Assembly (NCBI RefSeq): GCF_006345805.1
Contig: NC_043005.1
Location: forward strand, 54,436,001 to 54,500,000
DNA length: 64,000 bases
Direction: 5' to 3'
Source: Octopus sinensis
Taxonomy: Eukaryota
The stretch's first letter is position 1. The number at the start of each line of letters is the position of its first letter. Shown in pieces: positions 11,930 through 25,656 of the stretch. The notes below the pieces were generated by a model that worked only from the letters and a program-made list of their open reading frames with translations, did no database searches and was not told where the DNA came from. The position numbers and the translations under genes were made by a program.

Positions 11930-12432
11930 TCAGCTTCAGCGGAATTTGAGCTCAGGTGAAATGCCAGTGTGCTAACAATTCTTATTTCTTTATTGCCCAC
12001 AAGGGGCTAAGCACAGAGGGGACAAACAAAGACAGACAAACGGATTAAGTCGATTACATCGACCCCAGTACATAACTGGTACGTAATTTATCGACCCCAA
12101 AAGAATGAAAGGCAAAGTCGACCCCTTGACGGAATTTTAAACTCAGAATGTAACTGCAGACGAAATACCGCTAAGCATTTCGCCCTGCATGCTAACGTTT
12201 CTTATTTTTTTTATTGCCCACATGGAGTTAAACATAGAGGGGACAAACAAAGACAGACAAACGGATTAAGTCGATTACATCGACCCCAGTGCGTAACTGG
12301 TACTTAATTTATCGACCCTGAAAGGATGAAAGGCAAAGTTGACCTCTGCAGAATTTGAACTCAGCACGTAACGTCAGACGAAATACCGCTAAGCATTTCG
12401 CCCGGAGTGCTAACAATTCTGCCAGCTCACAG
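11930..12432 (-). mobile_element. Head-to-tail multimer of SINE family A (a fragment plus two units)
   Basis: Junctions at 11980/11981 and 12200/12201; complete head only at about 12415-12432. Confidence 0.85.
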
Positions 12433-12807
12433 CCTTTATATAGTATATAATATATTACTTGTTACTTACATGACAAGCAATCAATACTTTGATATATCTA
12501 TTTTTTTCTTTTAAAATTCAAATTATTCGATTGATATTATAAGGTTTTTGATTCATTTTGAGTGAGTATTCTTTTTAATGAAGATGCAATGTAGTAATAT
12601 ACTCTTTAATATTTATTGGAATTAGCATTTATTACCTACACAATATGTAAAATATCATGGTTTTGTTATGTTCTTGTCATTTATTCGTTGCCGTTTGAAT
12701 TCTTAACTGCAGGGTGAGGGGAACGTGGAGGTGGGTGATGGATGTATTAAAAACAAAATAATGTAACTGATTAATTCAGAATATGAATATCATTGTTTTG
12801 AGAAAAT

Positions 12808-13400
12808 CATGATGAGGATGATGATGATGATGGTGTGATGATGATGTAGTGATGATAAGGATGATCATAGAGATGATGATGATGACGATGATGATGATGA
12901 TGACGACGAGGAGGATGACATCAACGGCAACAATGATGATGCTGCAATGCTTCTAGGAGTGAGGATGATGTGATGATGATGTAGTGATGATAAGGATGAT
13001 GATAGAGGTGATGATGATGATGATGAGGAGGAGGAGGAGGAGGAGGAGGAGGAAGAGGAGGAAGATGTTGAAGAGAGGATGACATCAGCAACAATGATGC
13101 TGCTGCTAGGAGTGATGATGATGATGATGATGATGATGATTAAGATGATGGTAATGATGATGAAGATGTGATGATGATAGAGGTAGTGGTGGTAGTGGTG
13201 GGGTATGATGATGGTGATGATGACACTGACGATGATGATGATGATGATGATACTGAAGATGTAATGATAATGATGAAGCGGATGATGACAATGAGGATGG
13301 TAGGGGTTATGAGGATGACAACAATGACAACGGTGATGATGCCGATAAGAGTGATGATGATGATGAGGAGGAGGAGGAGGAGGAGGAGGAGGAGGGGAGG
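12808..13400. repeat. (GAT)n/(GAG)n low-complexity tract with an internal duplication of about 135 bp
   Basis: gatgtagtgatgataaggatgat and gaggatgacatca...ctaggagtga each occur twice. Confidence 0.85.
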
Positions 13401-13753
13401 AGGATTTGATTTTTTTTATTGTTATTCACCTTTTCCCTTTTACTTGCTTCAGCCATTGAACTGCAGCCACACAGTGGTACCACACCTTCAAGGATTTTAA
13501 TTGAATGAATCAACTCCAATTTGAAGCACCAGCTTAATAATGGCCAAGTGATTTTACTAAATTCTTCGTAATTTTCAAAATTAATTTGAACAAATGCAAT
13601 ATATTTCAACAGAAGTATAGTAACAAAAATATTAAGGTGATCTTAATTAAAGCTTCACATCAAACTTTCATGTTAATTTATATTACAAACATTAGCTTAA
13701 TTATTGGCCAAGTGATTTTACTAAATTTATTGCAATTTTTAAAATTAATTTAA

Positions 13754-13977
13754 CCCATTAAATCCCACTGTCCTATGAATAGGACACTAAATGAGAACAT
13801 TAAATAAGCTATATCACATTGTCTCAGTATCCTGTTTATAGGACAACGAGTATTTCCATTTCTACTTGAAGTAAAGGAGTTTTAATAATTTTTTTTTTTT
13901 CATTTTAACCTGTTTTCAATCATTTGTAAAAATTTTAAAGTAATATTCAGAAATTTAAGCATCAGTCACTTAATGGG
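13754..13977. mobile_element. piggyBac-like MITE inserted at TTAA
   Basis: ttaa-cccattaa...ttaatggg-(t)ttaa; interrupts a repeat whose uninterrupted copy is at 13530-13625. Confidence 0.65.
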
Positions 13978-14051
13978 TTTAAACAAGTGCAATGCATTTC
14001 AACAGAAATGTGATAATGCAAGTTATAATCTGACTCCTTTGATATATATAT

Positions 14052-14594
14052 ACTAGCGCTATGACCCGGCATTGCAAGGTCTAGTACTAGTGCTTGTTGT
14101 TCGTTGCCGGGTCGCAGTAAAAATTTCTCACTAAATCAAGAGCTAATTGGAGCTTTTTATGAGAGTAATTAATATTCATTGAACTTCGGTTTTCACACAT
14201 GGAACGGCATAATCATAGAAAATTAGCGGGACTGTGCACATGCCATTAGTCAGACAAAAAGGGAGGCAGAAGAAAGCAAAAACTCGAATTTGGATGCAAA
14301 ATAACTTATGAGCATAAGGGGTCGGTTTATCGATTTTTTTAATGGCTTTCTGGGGTGACTGGGGAAATGAAAAGATCTTCACGACCACCCTCAGACATTA
14401 CCTTACGGGATTACCTTAAGTTTCCCGTCCATAAAGGGTTTAGCTTTATGGCATATCTTCAGATCCCAAGACCTGTTGGCCCAAGACTTCTCAAAAATAT
14501 TTTTAAGAGGACTTGGGCCATAAAGTTAAACCCTTTATGAACGGGAAACCTAAGGCAATCCCATAAACTGGCCTTCCCCATTTTTAATATATAC
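14052..14594 (-). mobile_element. Non-autonomous Helitron-like element
   Basis: Minus-strand 3' end ...gacccggca...tgccgggtc-atagcgCTAG-t (subterminal hairpin plus CTAG); internal inverted repeat 14407-14460/14515-14570. Confidence 0.65.
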
Positions 14595-14685
14595 TACACT
14601 ATATCTTAGAGTGTGTATCTTCTTTTGGATGTATGTTTTTTACAGGCGATATATATATATGTCTGAATATTCCACAAATACATAT

Positions 14686-15024
14686 ACTGCATGGCACCTT
14701 GGGCAAGTGTCTTCTACTATAGACTCAGGCTGACCAAAGCCTTGTAAGTGGATTTGGTAGATGGAAACTGAAAGAAGCCTGTCGTATATATGTACATGTA
14801 TATATATATGTGTGCATGTGTTTGTGTGTCTGTGTTTGTCACTCCAACATTGCTTAACAACCAATGCTGATGTGTTTACGTCCCCGTATCTTAGTGGTTC
14901 AGCAAAAGAGACCGATAGAATAAGTACTAGGCTTACAAAGAATAAGTCCTGGGGTCAATTTGCTTGACTAAAGGTGGCGCTCCAGTATGGTCGCAGTCAA
15001 ATGACTGAAACAAGTAAACGAGTA
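14686..15024 (+). mobile_element. SINE family B (5'-truncated)
   Basis: ggcaccttgggcaagtgtcttctactatag...atgactgaaacaagtaaa. Confidence 0.9.
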
Positions 15025-16139
15025 TAACCTTAACTTTTAATTCCTTATTAATTATAATTAACTTATAATTCTCAAGCTGAATCTCTGTGTCATATGTACA
15101 ACATGTAACAAGGTTGGACTTTGGAATTACATGTAGGATACATCTGACAATATTCCACATAGTTTCTATATTTCCTTGCCAATTTCATTTATGAATCTTG
15201 GATAAATTCAAGGCTAGGCAAAGACATTTACCCAACGTAACATATAGTAGGCTGAGCTCAATAACTGCATAATTGCAAAGTGAATTTCTCAACCATTTAG
15301 TTATTCCTGTCTCCACAATACATACACAATAGTAATATAGTGACTGCAGTGAGGTTATGTATAGCATTACACATAATAACTGTCCTAGTAGGTTTTCACA
15401 TATATTGTTTTTTCTCTTTATTCAATCAGTTCTAAGTTTACGATAAACTAATGTCAATTAGGTTCTATATACAATATAGAGATATAACAAATGAATAAGG
15501 TAAATGAGATCAAATCTGAAAAAATATTTTGTTTCACTATGAATATCAAAAAAGGTTTTAGGAAATCTGCAAGAAATAAAAGGAAAAAAAAAAAAGACTG
15601 GAAACAGATAGTGGAAACAAGAATCTAAAATTTCTTGCCAGTCTTTGGATATCATTCTGCAGCCATTGCTGGCTACTGGAAAAATAAGTATATAAATAAA
15701 GAGATAAAAATAAAGAATAATGATAATAATAAAACATATAAGACAAACTCTGCTACTTTTCAAAACCAGAAACATGATAATTTCGAATAGAAAGTATCAA
15801 TAAAATAATTGTATTGTATGTTTTGCTGAGAAACTTATTGTGTAAATGTGATTTGTGTGTCTTCATTTATCTGTGTGTGATGTGTGTGTGTGCGTGTGTG
15901 TGTGTGCATGTGCTAGTATGTATAACATGTTTGTATATATCATATGCATGTTTGTATGAGTGTGTGTGAATGTGTGTATGTATTTTTTTTGTACATGTTT
16001 CTAAGCCAATCTGAAGAATTTTTTTCATACATTTACATGACAGAATATTTTTTATATTCCGTATGAAGTTTATTCAAATTGTTTTCTTTTTCTATGTTTT
16101 TTTAAAAATATTTATACAACAGTGTAATTGAGTCATGTG

Positions 16140-16179
<40 letters not shown>

Positions 16180-16659
16180 TATGATGTCTATGTGTGTGGT
16201 GGGGGTAAGCCTACTTACCTGTAGCTTACCTGACAATATAATTCTCCATAAGATATGAAGTCAATTTTTTTATATCAACAGTTTTATATGAATGTATGGT
16301 ATACTTTTTATGAATGTATGTAATATATTTTTTTATGAATGTATATAATTATTTTTTATATAACCAATGAATGTAGTTTCAACCTTTCATTATAATCACT
16401 ATCATCATTATTATTATTATCAGTGTCATCATCCTCATCGTCATCATCATCCTCATTGACGCCGTCGTAATGATCGTTGTCATCATCATCATCATCATCA
16501 TTATTAGTAGTAGTAGTAGTATTAGTAATAGTAGTAGTACCATTACTATTATTAGTATTGTACCATTCATTTTATTTATTTTATGCTTTGTGGCACAAAT
16601 GTAGAATTGCAATGTATATTCTAATATTTACAGAATGATATGGTCAATAAATGAGTTCA

Positions 16660-16844
16660 TATATATATATATGATGTATGTATATATATATATCTGTCTC
16701 TCACTCTCTCTCTCTTTCTATATATATATACATATATGTATAAATATGTACATACATTATATATATACAGCCACACATTTAATATGTTTTATTTAATACA
16801 TACCTTATAGATATATATATGTGCATATATATTATATATAAATA

Positions 16845-16917
<73 letters not shown>

Positions 16918-17116
16918 ATATATGCATATACAAATATATACACATATATATAAGTATTAACATCTATGTTTATGTATGTGCATTGCATGTCCTGCATATA
17001 TATATATATATATATAATATATATATACACACATACATATATGCATATACAAATATATACACATATATATAAGTATTAACATCTATGTTTATGTATGTGC
17101 ATTGCATGTCCTGCAT

Positions 17117-17165
<49 letters not shown>

Positions 17166-17387
17166 GTATACGTATGCATGTATATATTTATATGGAGATA
17201 GAATAGATATATATGTAATTACACATATAATGTATCTGTCTCTATTTATATATATATACATGTGTGTGTGTGTGTGTGTGCATACATGCATACACACACA
17301 CATATTTAGCAAATATTTGCATATATATATATATACATCTATATAAAGATGTATGTAATATATGTATACAAACATACACACAGAGAG

Positions 17388-17422
<35 letters not shown>

Positions 17423-18041
17423 GAGAGAAAGAGGAGGGAAAGCAAAATAAATAAGTAGAAAGATAAGTATGTGTCTGTTTGCATGGGCATGTATATATGT
17501 ATATGCGTATAAGTGTGCATACGTATGCATAGGTGTGCACACACGTATGTATATGTTTTAGAAATTTGACATAGTTGTTTTGCAGACTTGTCAAATCTAT
17601 TCATCACTAGCAGACAGTAGATAAAAATGGTGGATACATTGTCAAATCTGGTGGTAAATATGAACAAGGCAAGTCTCCACCATCAGCATCAAAGTTGTCA
17701 AATCTGATTTTTCTTCAAGCATAATAAGCATTGGCACAATTATAGGTCAAAGAAAATAGCATTGTATATGTAAGCATGCATGTGTGTGATGTGGAGATAC
17801 AATACACACACACACACACACACACATATATGTATGTATATATGTATATATGTATATATGTATATTTATATATATATACATATATATATATATGTTTGTA
17901 AGTATGTATATGTATTGATGTGTATGTATATGTATGTGTTTATATATATATTATATATAAATATATGAATGTGTATATATATGCATACATGTATATATAT
18001 ATATATTTATACATATATGTATATATGTATATTATATATAT

Positions 18042-18073
<32 letters not shown>

Positions 18074-18275
18074 ATATATATGTATGTATATGTATATGAA
18101 TATATGCATTGATGTGTATGTATGTATAGGTGTGTATATATATATATATAGATATATATAGATATACACACACATATATATATATACACACACACATACA
18201 CACACATATATATATAAACATATATGCATATATGAAGATAAGTAAACAGATATTTGTGTGTATGCGTCTGTATCA

Positions 18276-18328
<53 letters not shown>

Positions 18329-18607
18329 TGTATATATATACACACACACACATGACTAAAGTGTATCACAAGAGACTGATTTTGGTCTCTCAAAATATGG
18401 AATATTTGTTCAGTCCATGCCTGTAGCAAACCAAAAGAATTGAAGCATGAAATGAACTAATGCTAGAAAGCGATTCTTCTCAGGCTTGAGAATTAGTGCA
18501 AATATTTGAATGGAAAATAGTTAAATTGATAATCATAGACATAAGCACACACATACATGCACAAATCTGCAACAATATTCTATATATCACTATATCTTAA
18601 TATTGTG

Positions 18608-18653
<46 letters not shown>

Positions 18654-18728
18654 CACTAGCATTCTATACATGTATTTATACACATACACATGTGTGTGTG
18701 TGAGAGAGAGTGTATGTGTGTGTGTGTC

Positions 18729-18766
<38 letters not shown>

Positions 18767-18884
18767 CATATATGTGTATATATATATATGTGTGTGTGTG
18801 TGTGTATATATATGTTTATATATGTATATATATATATGTGTGTGTGTGTGTATATATATATGTTTATATATGTATATATATATA

Positions 18885-18917
<33 letters not shown>

Positions 18918-18990
18918 GTACATACACACACACATGCAAACATACATATATATGTGTGTGTGTATGCATTTATGAGCAGGTGTATGTATG
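16660..18990. repeat. Large (TA)n/(CA)n/(TG)n microsatellite field with higher-order duplications
   Basis: A unit of about 120 bp (...gtattaacatctatgtttatgtatgtgcattgcatgtcctgc...) repeats at 16905-17000 and 17025-17120; shorter units repeat at 18750-18900. Confidence 0.85.
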
Positions 18991-19398
18991 TGTAGATGAA
19001 AAGAACTAGTGTAAGAGAAAGTCAAAAGAGAGAAAAGTGATGTATCATAGTGCAAGGTCAATGCAAACACAGGAGAAAACAAGTAGATAACTTTTCATTA
19101 CGTGGTACACATCCCAATGGAGCTGTTTAAGGTTACATATGGCAGACGTAATGGTTCACAAAGTTTGTGGGGAAAAAAAATCAGATTCCTGAAAGAAACC
19201 TGTTGTCCATATTAGCAAAAGTTGTATTTTTGTTGATGTCTAAAGCTTTCTAATTTACATGCCATGGAGAGAAGAGTTTCAAGGAAATTGAACAAAGCTT
19301 TACTTCAGACAGTGAGTTTTCCTTTGTCTCTAGTTTATGAAAGCTTAGGCATGGTGGAGATTGACAGGAAATAGCAGAGAATTAGTAGCTGTATATAT

Positions 19399-19724
19399 GT
19401 GAAGGCACATGGCTCAGTGGTTAGAGCGTCGAGCTTACGATCGCGAGGTTGTGAGTTTGAATCCCGGACTGGGCTGTGTGCTGTGTTCTTGAGCAAGACA
19501 CTTTATTTCATGTTACTCCAGTTCACTCAGCTGTAGAAATGAGTCGTGACATCACAGGTGCCAAGCTGTATCAACCTTTGCCTTTCCCTTGGATAAAACT
19601 GGTGGTGTGGAGAGGGGAGGCTGGTATGCATGGGTGACTGCTGGTCTTCCACATAAGCAACCTTGCTTGGGAGGGTAATTTTCTAGGTGCAATCCCATGG
19701 TAAGTCATGACTGAAGGGGGTCTC
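19399..19724 (+). mobile_element. tRNA-derived SINE family D, nearly full length
   Basis: A box tggctcagtgg, B box gagtttgaatcc, core gtgttcttgagcaagacactttatt; CpGs retained. Confidence 0.85.
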
Positions 19725-19929
19725 AGCAGCATATGTGACAAAGAAATGGTTGGAGGGAAAAATGTGGTAGAAAAGGAAAAGTAAGAAAGGAGAGGAAGAG
19801 AAAATGTTTTTTATATTCAGGTACTGATCCTGATTGAGCCACTTTAAGTCAGGCCTTGCATACTTTAGTTTACACATGCACACACACACACGCGCACACA
19901 CACAAACAAACAAACATATGCATTTCTTG

Positions 19930-20352
19930 TACTTTTTACTTTTTTTACTTTTTTACTGGTTTCAGTCATTTGACTGTGGACATGCTGGAGCACCGCCTTT
20001 GGTCGAGCAAATCAAACCCAGGACTTATTCTTTGTAAGCCTAGTACTTATTCTATCGGTCTCTTTTGCTGAACCGCTAAATTACGGGGACATAAACACAC
20101 TAGCATCGGTTGTCAAGCGATGCTGGTGGGACAAACACAAACATACAAACATATACACACACATACATACATATATATATACATATATACGAAAGGCTTC
20201 TTTCAATTTTCTTCTACCAAATCCACTCACAAGGCTTTGGTTGGTCTGAGGCTATAGAAGAAGACACTTGCCCAAGGTGCCACACAGTGGGACTGAACCT
20301 GGAACCATGTGGTTGGTAAGTAAGCTACTTACCACACAGCCACTCCTATGCC
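19930..20352 (-). mobile_element. SINE family B, full length
   Basis: Tail to head in reverse, ending cacacagccactcctatgcct. Confidence 0.9.
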
Positions 20353-20504
20353 TATATCATATGTATATCATATACAAAGTAATTATTCTCTTAATCATAT
20401 CTGATAAAACAAATACACACATATTGACACACACATGCACTGACACACACATGCACTGACACACACATGCACATGCACACACATGCAATGATATATTGGT
20501 TTCA

Positions 20505-20712
20505 AATTTTGGCACAAGGCCAGCAATTTTGGGAGAGATGGTAAATCAATTGCATTGATCACAGTATTCAACTAGGATTTATTTTATTCATCCCAAAATG
20601 ATGAAAGGCAATGTCAACGTTGGTGGAATTTGAACTCAGAACGTTAAAGATGGATGAAATGCCACTAAGCATTTTATCTGGTGCACTAACTATTCTGCCA
20701 GTTCACAGCCTG
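20505..20712 (-). mobile_element. SINE family A
   Basis: atgaaaggcaatgtcaacgttggtggaatttgaactcagaacg...tattctgccagttcac. Confidence 0.8.
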
Positions 20713-20843
20713 ACACACATGTAATTACATATTATTAGAGTTAATGAAAAGCTCAATGTATTACAAAAACAAATATTTCCATCACAAATAGTATTGTGCA
20801 AACTGCAGGAATTTTTCAAAAGAATTGTTCATTGGTACCTAAC

Positions 20844-21066
20844 AGGCAGAAACGTTAGCATACCGGGCAAAATGCTTAGCAGTATTTCGTCTGCCACTAC
20901 ATTCAGAGTTCAAATTCTGCCAAGGTCGACTTTGCTTTTCATCCTTTCGGGGTCGATTAAATAAGTACCAGTTACGCACTGGGGTTGCTATAATTGACTT
21001 AATCCATTTGACTGTCCTTGTTTGTCCTCTCTGTGTTTAGCCCCTTGTGGGTAGTAAAGAAATAGG
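20844..21066 (+). mobile_element. SINE family A
   Basis: ggcagaaacgttagcataccgggcaaaatgc...cccttgtgggtagtaaagaaatagg. Confidence 0.9.
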
Positions 21067-22479
21067 TATCTAAGAAGTCTGAAGGGTGTATGTCATGTTA
21101 TTTTTGTGGGTTCATTTTTATTACTTTTATTGGCATTTTTAACAAAGTTAGTGATTTAATGTAATGGTGTATATAATTACAGCACTGCGCTACCTTCTCC
21201 CCACCATCAAAAATCACCCACACGAAACACTGCCTTTAAATAAAAGCTAATAACACCTCAAGAAATCGAGGTCATTACATAGACCCTTTACACTTTTGAA
21301 GTAAATAAATACAATATCATCGTGTTTATGTATTTGTTTTGCAAGATCCTTTGCAAGGTGTGAAATCATGTGTTGAAAGAGATATTGTTATATTTGAGGA
21401 TGGTCGTTTTTTTTTTGTCAATAAACACGTGCTCTGTTTATTTGATTGTTACTTTATTATTATTATTATTATATTATTATTATTATTATTATTATTATTA
21501 TCATTATAGGTTTATTAATCAGAGTTCTTTCATCATGCGTTCTGTGACCTCTTCAATGAATTCCTGTTACTTGTTTCTCCTCTTCTCTCAGGACTTGTCC
21601 TGTCTCTAAAATATCTATTTAAGAACAGTCCCAAAAGCAATGGAATGTCTCGTCACTCTATAGCATTGATCTTTGTAATAACACTGTTATTTTACAAATA
21701 GTCTGAATGTTCTCTTTCTTTGAAGTCCTGTACAGTCCACTTGTACTTACAGCTTACATGTATACACTCATACATACATAGATACATGCATTGTTTGGGA
21801 CAGATAAGTAAAAGTATGTACTGCCATATTGATCAGCTGTCCTGCTGATGGGAGTATCTCTTTAAGAATCAAAGTGAAAGGGGATAACTATGGACAACTG
21901 CTTTGAAGCCTCTAGCTTCTATATCCCAATTATATCGCATTTATACAATAATAATTGGTGCACTTGGCTTTGTGAGTAAATGCAAAGGTGATAATGTGGA
22001 TGAACAAAAGAAATCAACCACCTAGCTCATACATGAGAAATATAATCCGTAAGTGGAAGAGTAAAAATATGCAAGACTTTTCTCAAGTTTAAAATGTGAC
22101 ATTGTTTTTGTTATCTACATTCCAAAAATGCAGCTTTGTATCTTTGTTAGAAACGAGCCCTTTCCGCAGAGGAAGAATTTAAATAATTAAAAATGTAAGC
22201 CAGGGAATATGAGAAATTAATATATTTATTTAACTACTTGGCAGCCATATGATTACAGCCATTTCACAGCCTTCTTCATGTCATAATAATTTCAGTGTGG
22301 AATAAGATTATGTTTACATATTTGCATTAACATGCATGTTATGCATTATACAATACAAAGGCATATTCACAAGTCAATGCTAATAAAGCTAGATCATCAG
22401 ATCACCAGAACACTAATGATTCTGTGATAGACACAATTCCATGAATACGTGGCTTATACTACAAATTACACACACACAC

Positions 22480-22512
<33 letters not shown>

Positions 22513-22513
22513 T

Positions 22514-22579
<66 letters not shown>

Positions 22580-22589
22580 GAATCATTTC

Positions 22590-23130
22590 TATTGGTAGAA
22601 CTTGAAGTAGATAAAACTATAAATAATCGTATGTAAATATTGGTTGGAAAAACCCTCTTGGATGGAAAAAGTTGGACACTGTCAATAGGACTCGAACACA
22701 CATCTTCTATAAACATGAAAGACGTTCTACCTTTAAATCAAAGCACTCTTTTCAATTTCTCCATCTGTTTTTAAAGCATTTCTTCTTAGCAGCAACAATT
22801 GTTTGTTGCTTAGATCATAAGAACTTAGAAACTTTGAGAGACATAAGATAATTAATTTTTTAACAGTGGAACTCAAAGTACATGGAGTTATAGGTAATAT
22901 AGTAAAGAATATTAGGTCAAATAATCCTTGCGTGGGAAAAGCCAAAGGCTGCCTGTGGGACTCAAGCCCTTTCTTCTCTAAACATGATAGGTGTTTGACA
23001 ATCTTACCAAATCAGTCCTTCAAATTTCTCCATCCATTTTAGGAGCCTCCTTCTTATCAATAAGAATTATATGTTGTTTACAGTATATGAATTTAGGAGT
23101 TATTTACACAAGTTTGTTTATAGCTTTATG
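22590..23130 (-). repeat. Degenerate direct tandem duplication, period about 270 bp, each unit with a tRNA-like core
   Basis: aatttctccatc at 22754 and 23023; ggactcgaac (22688) vs gggactcaag (22957); aaacatga in both units. Confidence 0.6.
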
Positions 23131-23410
23131 TACTAAGAATTCCACCATCAAAATCAATTTATTTCATGTCCCTTAAAGTTTCCATGCTCCCCTTTTTTCA
23201 CCGATAAGAATTGTTTTGAGTGTGCCTTTACACAGCTCTTATTCTCCTTTTGCATCCCATATGTATATCATTGTAGCCTTCTCTCTTGAATAAAACATCT
23301 GACTCCTCATTTATCCTGTCTTTCACTCATCTTTTTGGAAAGACATCGATACAAGAAAAGATATCAATATATATATATATGTGTGTGTGTATGTGTATAC
23401 ATGCATATAT

Positions 23411-23816
23411 TACTCTTACTCTTTACTCTTTTATTTGTTTCAGTCATTTGACTGCAGCCATGCTGGAGCACCACCTTTTAGTCGAGCAAATCGACCCTGG
23501 GACTTATTCTTTGTAAGCCCAGTACTTATTCTATCGGTCTCTTTTGCCGAACCGCTAAGTGACGGGGATGTAAACACACCAGCATCAGTTGTCAAGCAAT
23601 GCTAGGGGGACAAACACAGACACACAAACACGCACATACATATATATATATACATATATACGACAGGCTTCTTTCAGTTTCAAATCCACTCACAAGGCAT
23701 TGGTCGGCCCGGGGCTATAGCAGAAGACACTTGCCCAAGATGCCACGCAGTGGGACTGAACTCAGAACCATGTGGTTGGTTAGCAAGCTACTTACCACAC
23801 AGCTACTCCTGCGCCT
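23411..23816 (-). mobile_element. SINE family B, full length, low divergence
   Basis: Complete from (tactctt)n tail to ctcctgcgcct head. Confidence 0.92.
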
Positions 23817-24624
23817 AAATATTATACATATATATATGTATATATATACATACACACACACATATACATTTTTTTTATAAATTGTAATTCATGTAGTATA
23901 GTATTATACATTTTGTAATGCACACCAATACATATATACTTATATACATATATATACATGTATGTAGATAGATAGATAGATAGATATAGATATATAGATG
24001 CAGATACAGAGATAGAGGTAGATAAGATATTTACATGTAGGAATTTAGAAGGGCTTCCAGGTGTAGAAACTATGCCAAAATGAGTTTCACTTGAATTTGA
24101 ACATAAAACACAGACAAACAGATCGCTACGAAAAGTGTTCTAACCGATGCACTGGAAATACAGTAACAATACACCATCATACACATACACACACACACAT
24201 ACACACACACACAAACACATACACACACACACAAACACACACACATATATATTTAGACAGACAGACAGACAGACAGATAGATAGATGGATGGATGGATGG
24301 ATGGATAGATGTATATGCCTGTATGTGTATATATATTCATATACACATACACTGTACCCTTTTGTATAAAGGATACGAGTGTGTTGTTTGTGGTGGTTTC
24401 TTTAATGTTATTCATTGGAACACAGGGAAAGATATTGATATATACATGTATATATCTATATATATTTATACATATATGCATATATATACAAATATATATA
24501 TAAATATATGTATACATGCATAAATATATACAGTATATATAACATATATATATACATATATACACACACACTTATATAATATACATACATATATACATAT
24601 ACATATATATAAATATATACATAC

Positions 24625-24669
<45 letters not shown>

Positions 24670-24701
24670 CATAAATAAGTATATATATATATATATATAC
24701 T

Positions 24702-24748
<47 letters not shown>

Positions 24749-25135
24749 GAAGTGTCTTTTGTAATAAATTCCATCTGGTTCCTTTTTCTAATTCAGATTG
24801 TTTCCTATTAAGGAGCAGTGAGCCATAAAAGCATTAATCATACTATTACACACATACAGATTCTTTGGCATTGTCCTTCAATATCTCATTATTCACAATA
24901 TATAATCAACACACCTGTATTCATTTCCATCCTTAACTCTCACTCATTCATTCATACATTGTTTTGTTGGCCGTATCTTTTACCTTGAATAATGAGATGT
25001 TCAATATTTCTATCAATTGTATGAAATAAAATTTAGGTGTTCTTTCCTCTTTACCTCTGTCAACTAAAGGTATATTATATAAGCATGTATGCGTGTGTCG
25101 TTTTGAATAGTAATTGATATGTTTGTATATGTGTG

Positions 25136-25189
<54 letters not shown>

Positions 25190-25195
<6 letters not shown>

Positions 25196-25565
25196 TAATC
25201 CAAACATGAAAACACAAAGAGAAAACACAACAATGTATATATATATATATATATATATATAGGGGGAGAGTTCATGAAAAAAAACAAAAGACGAAGACAG
25301 GTGGTGTACAAAACAAACAGATGTATTAGTATAATGCTCAGGAATTGAAGTCTTTTACATTTCGAGCCTAATGTGTGTGCGTGTGTATTTGCATACAGGA
25401 GACCATGAGCGTGCATACACCATTATATGTATATGTAAAAATCAAAATAAAAAATGGAACAAGGACGTAACAGGCGACAACAGAACATTCAGACAGTAGG
25501 TGATACAAAAAAGGACAGGAAAAAACAAGGATGGGTCATTCGGAGCTTTCAATCTTCAGTCTAGG
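25190..25565 (-). mobile_element. Cluster of Penelope-like terminal fragments embedded in (TA)n
   Basis: 25190-25236 is the reverse complement of the 46700-46749 end; minus strand shows ctcgaaatgtaaaagac (about 25350) and gactgaagattgaaagctccgaa (about 25550). Confidence 0.5.
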
Positions 25566-25656
25566 AGCAGATCACCTATATAAGATAAGAGTAGAAATGG
25601 AGCAAAATGTAACGATTACAAGTTGAATGATCATAGTTTACTTATGATCTGGAAAA

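Noticed and set aside
19399-19475. tRNA gene
   Set aside because: A and B boxes are present but the sequence continues into a SINE body found elsewhere in the window; the same applies to the other SINE heads.
22733-23130. Mitochondrial-carrier-like 90-aa repeat
   Set aside because: Frames are broken, the PxDxxKxR signature is absent, and nucleotide-level similarity fits a local duplication better.
25500-25565. Additional hammerheads (CTGAAGA at about 25555 and 26550, minus strand)
   Set aside because: No GAAA or paired stem II in these copies; too degenerate to call.
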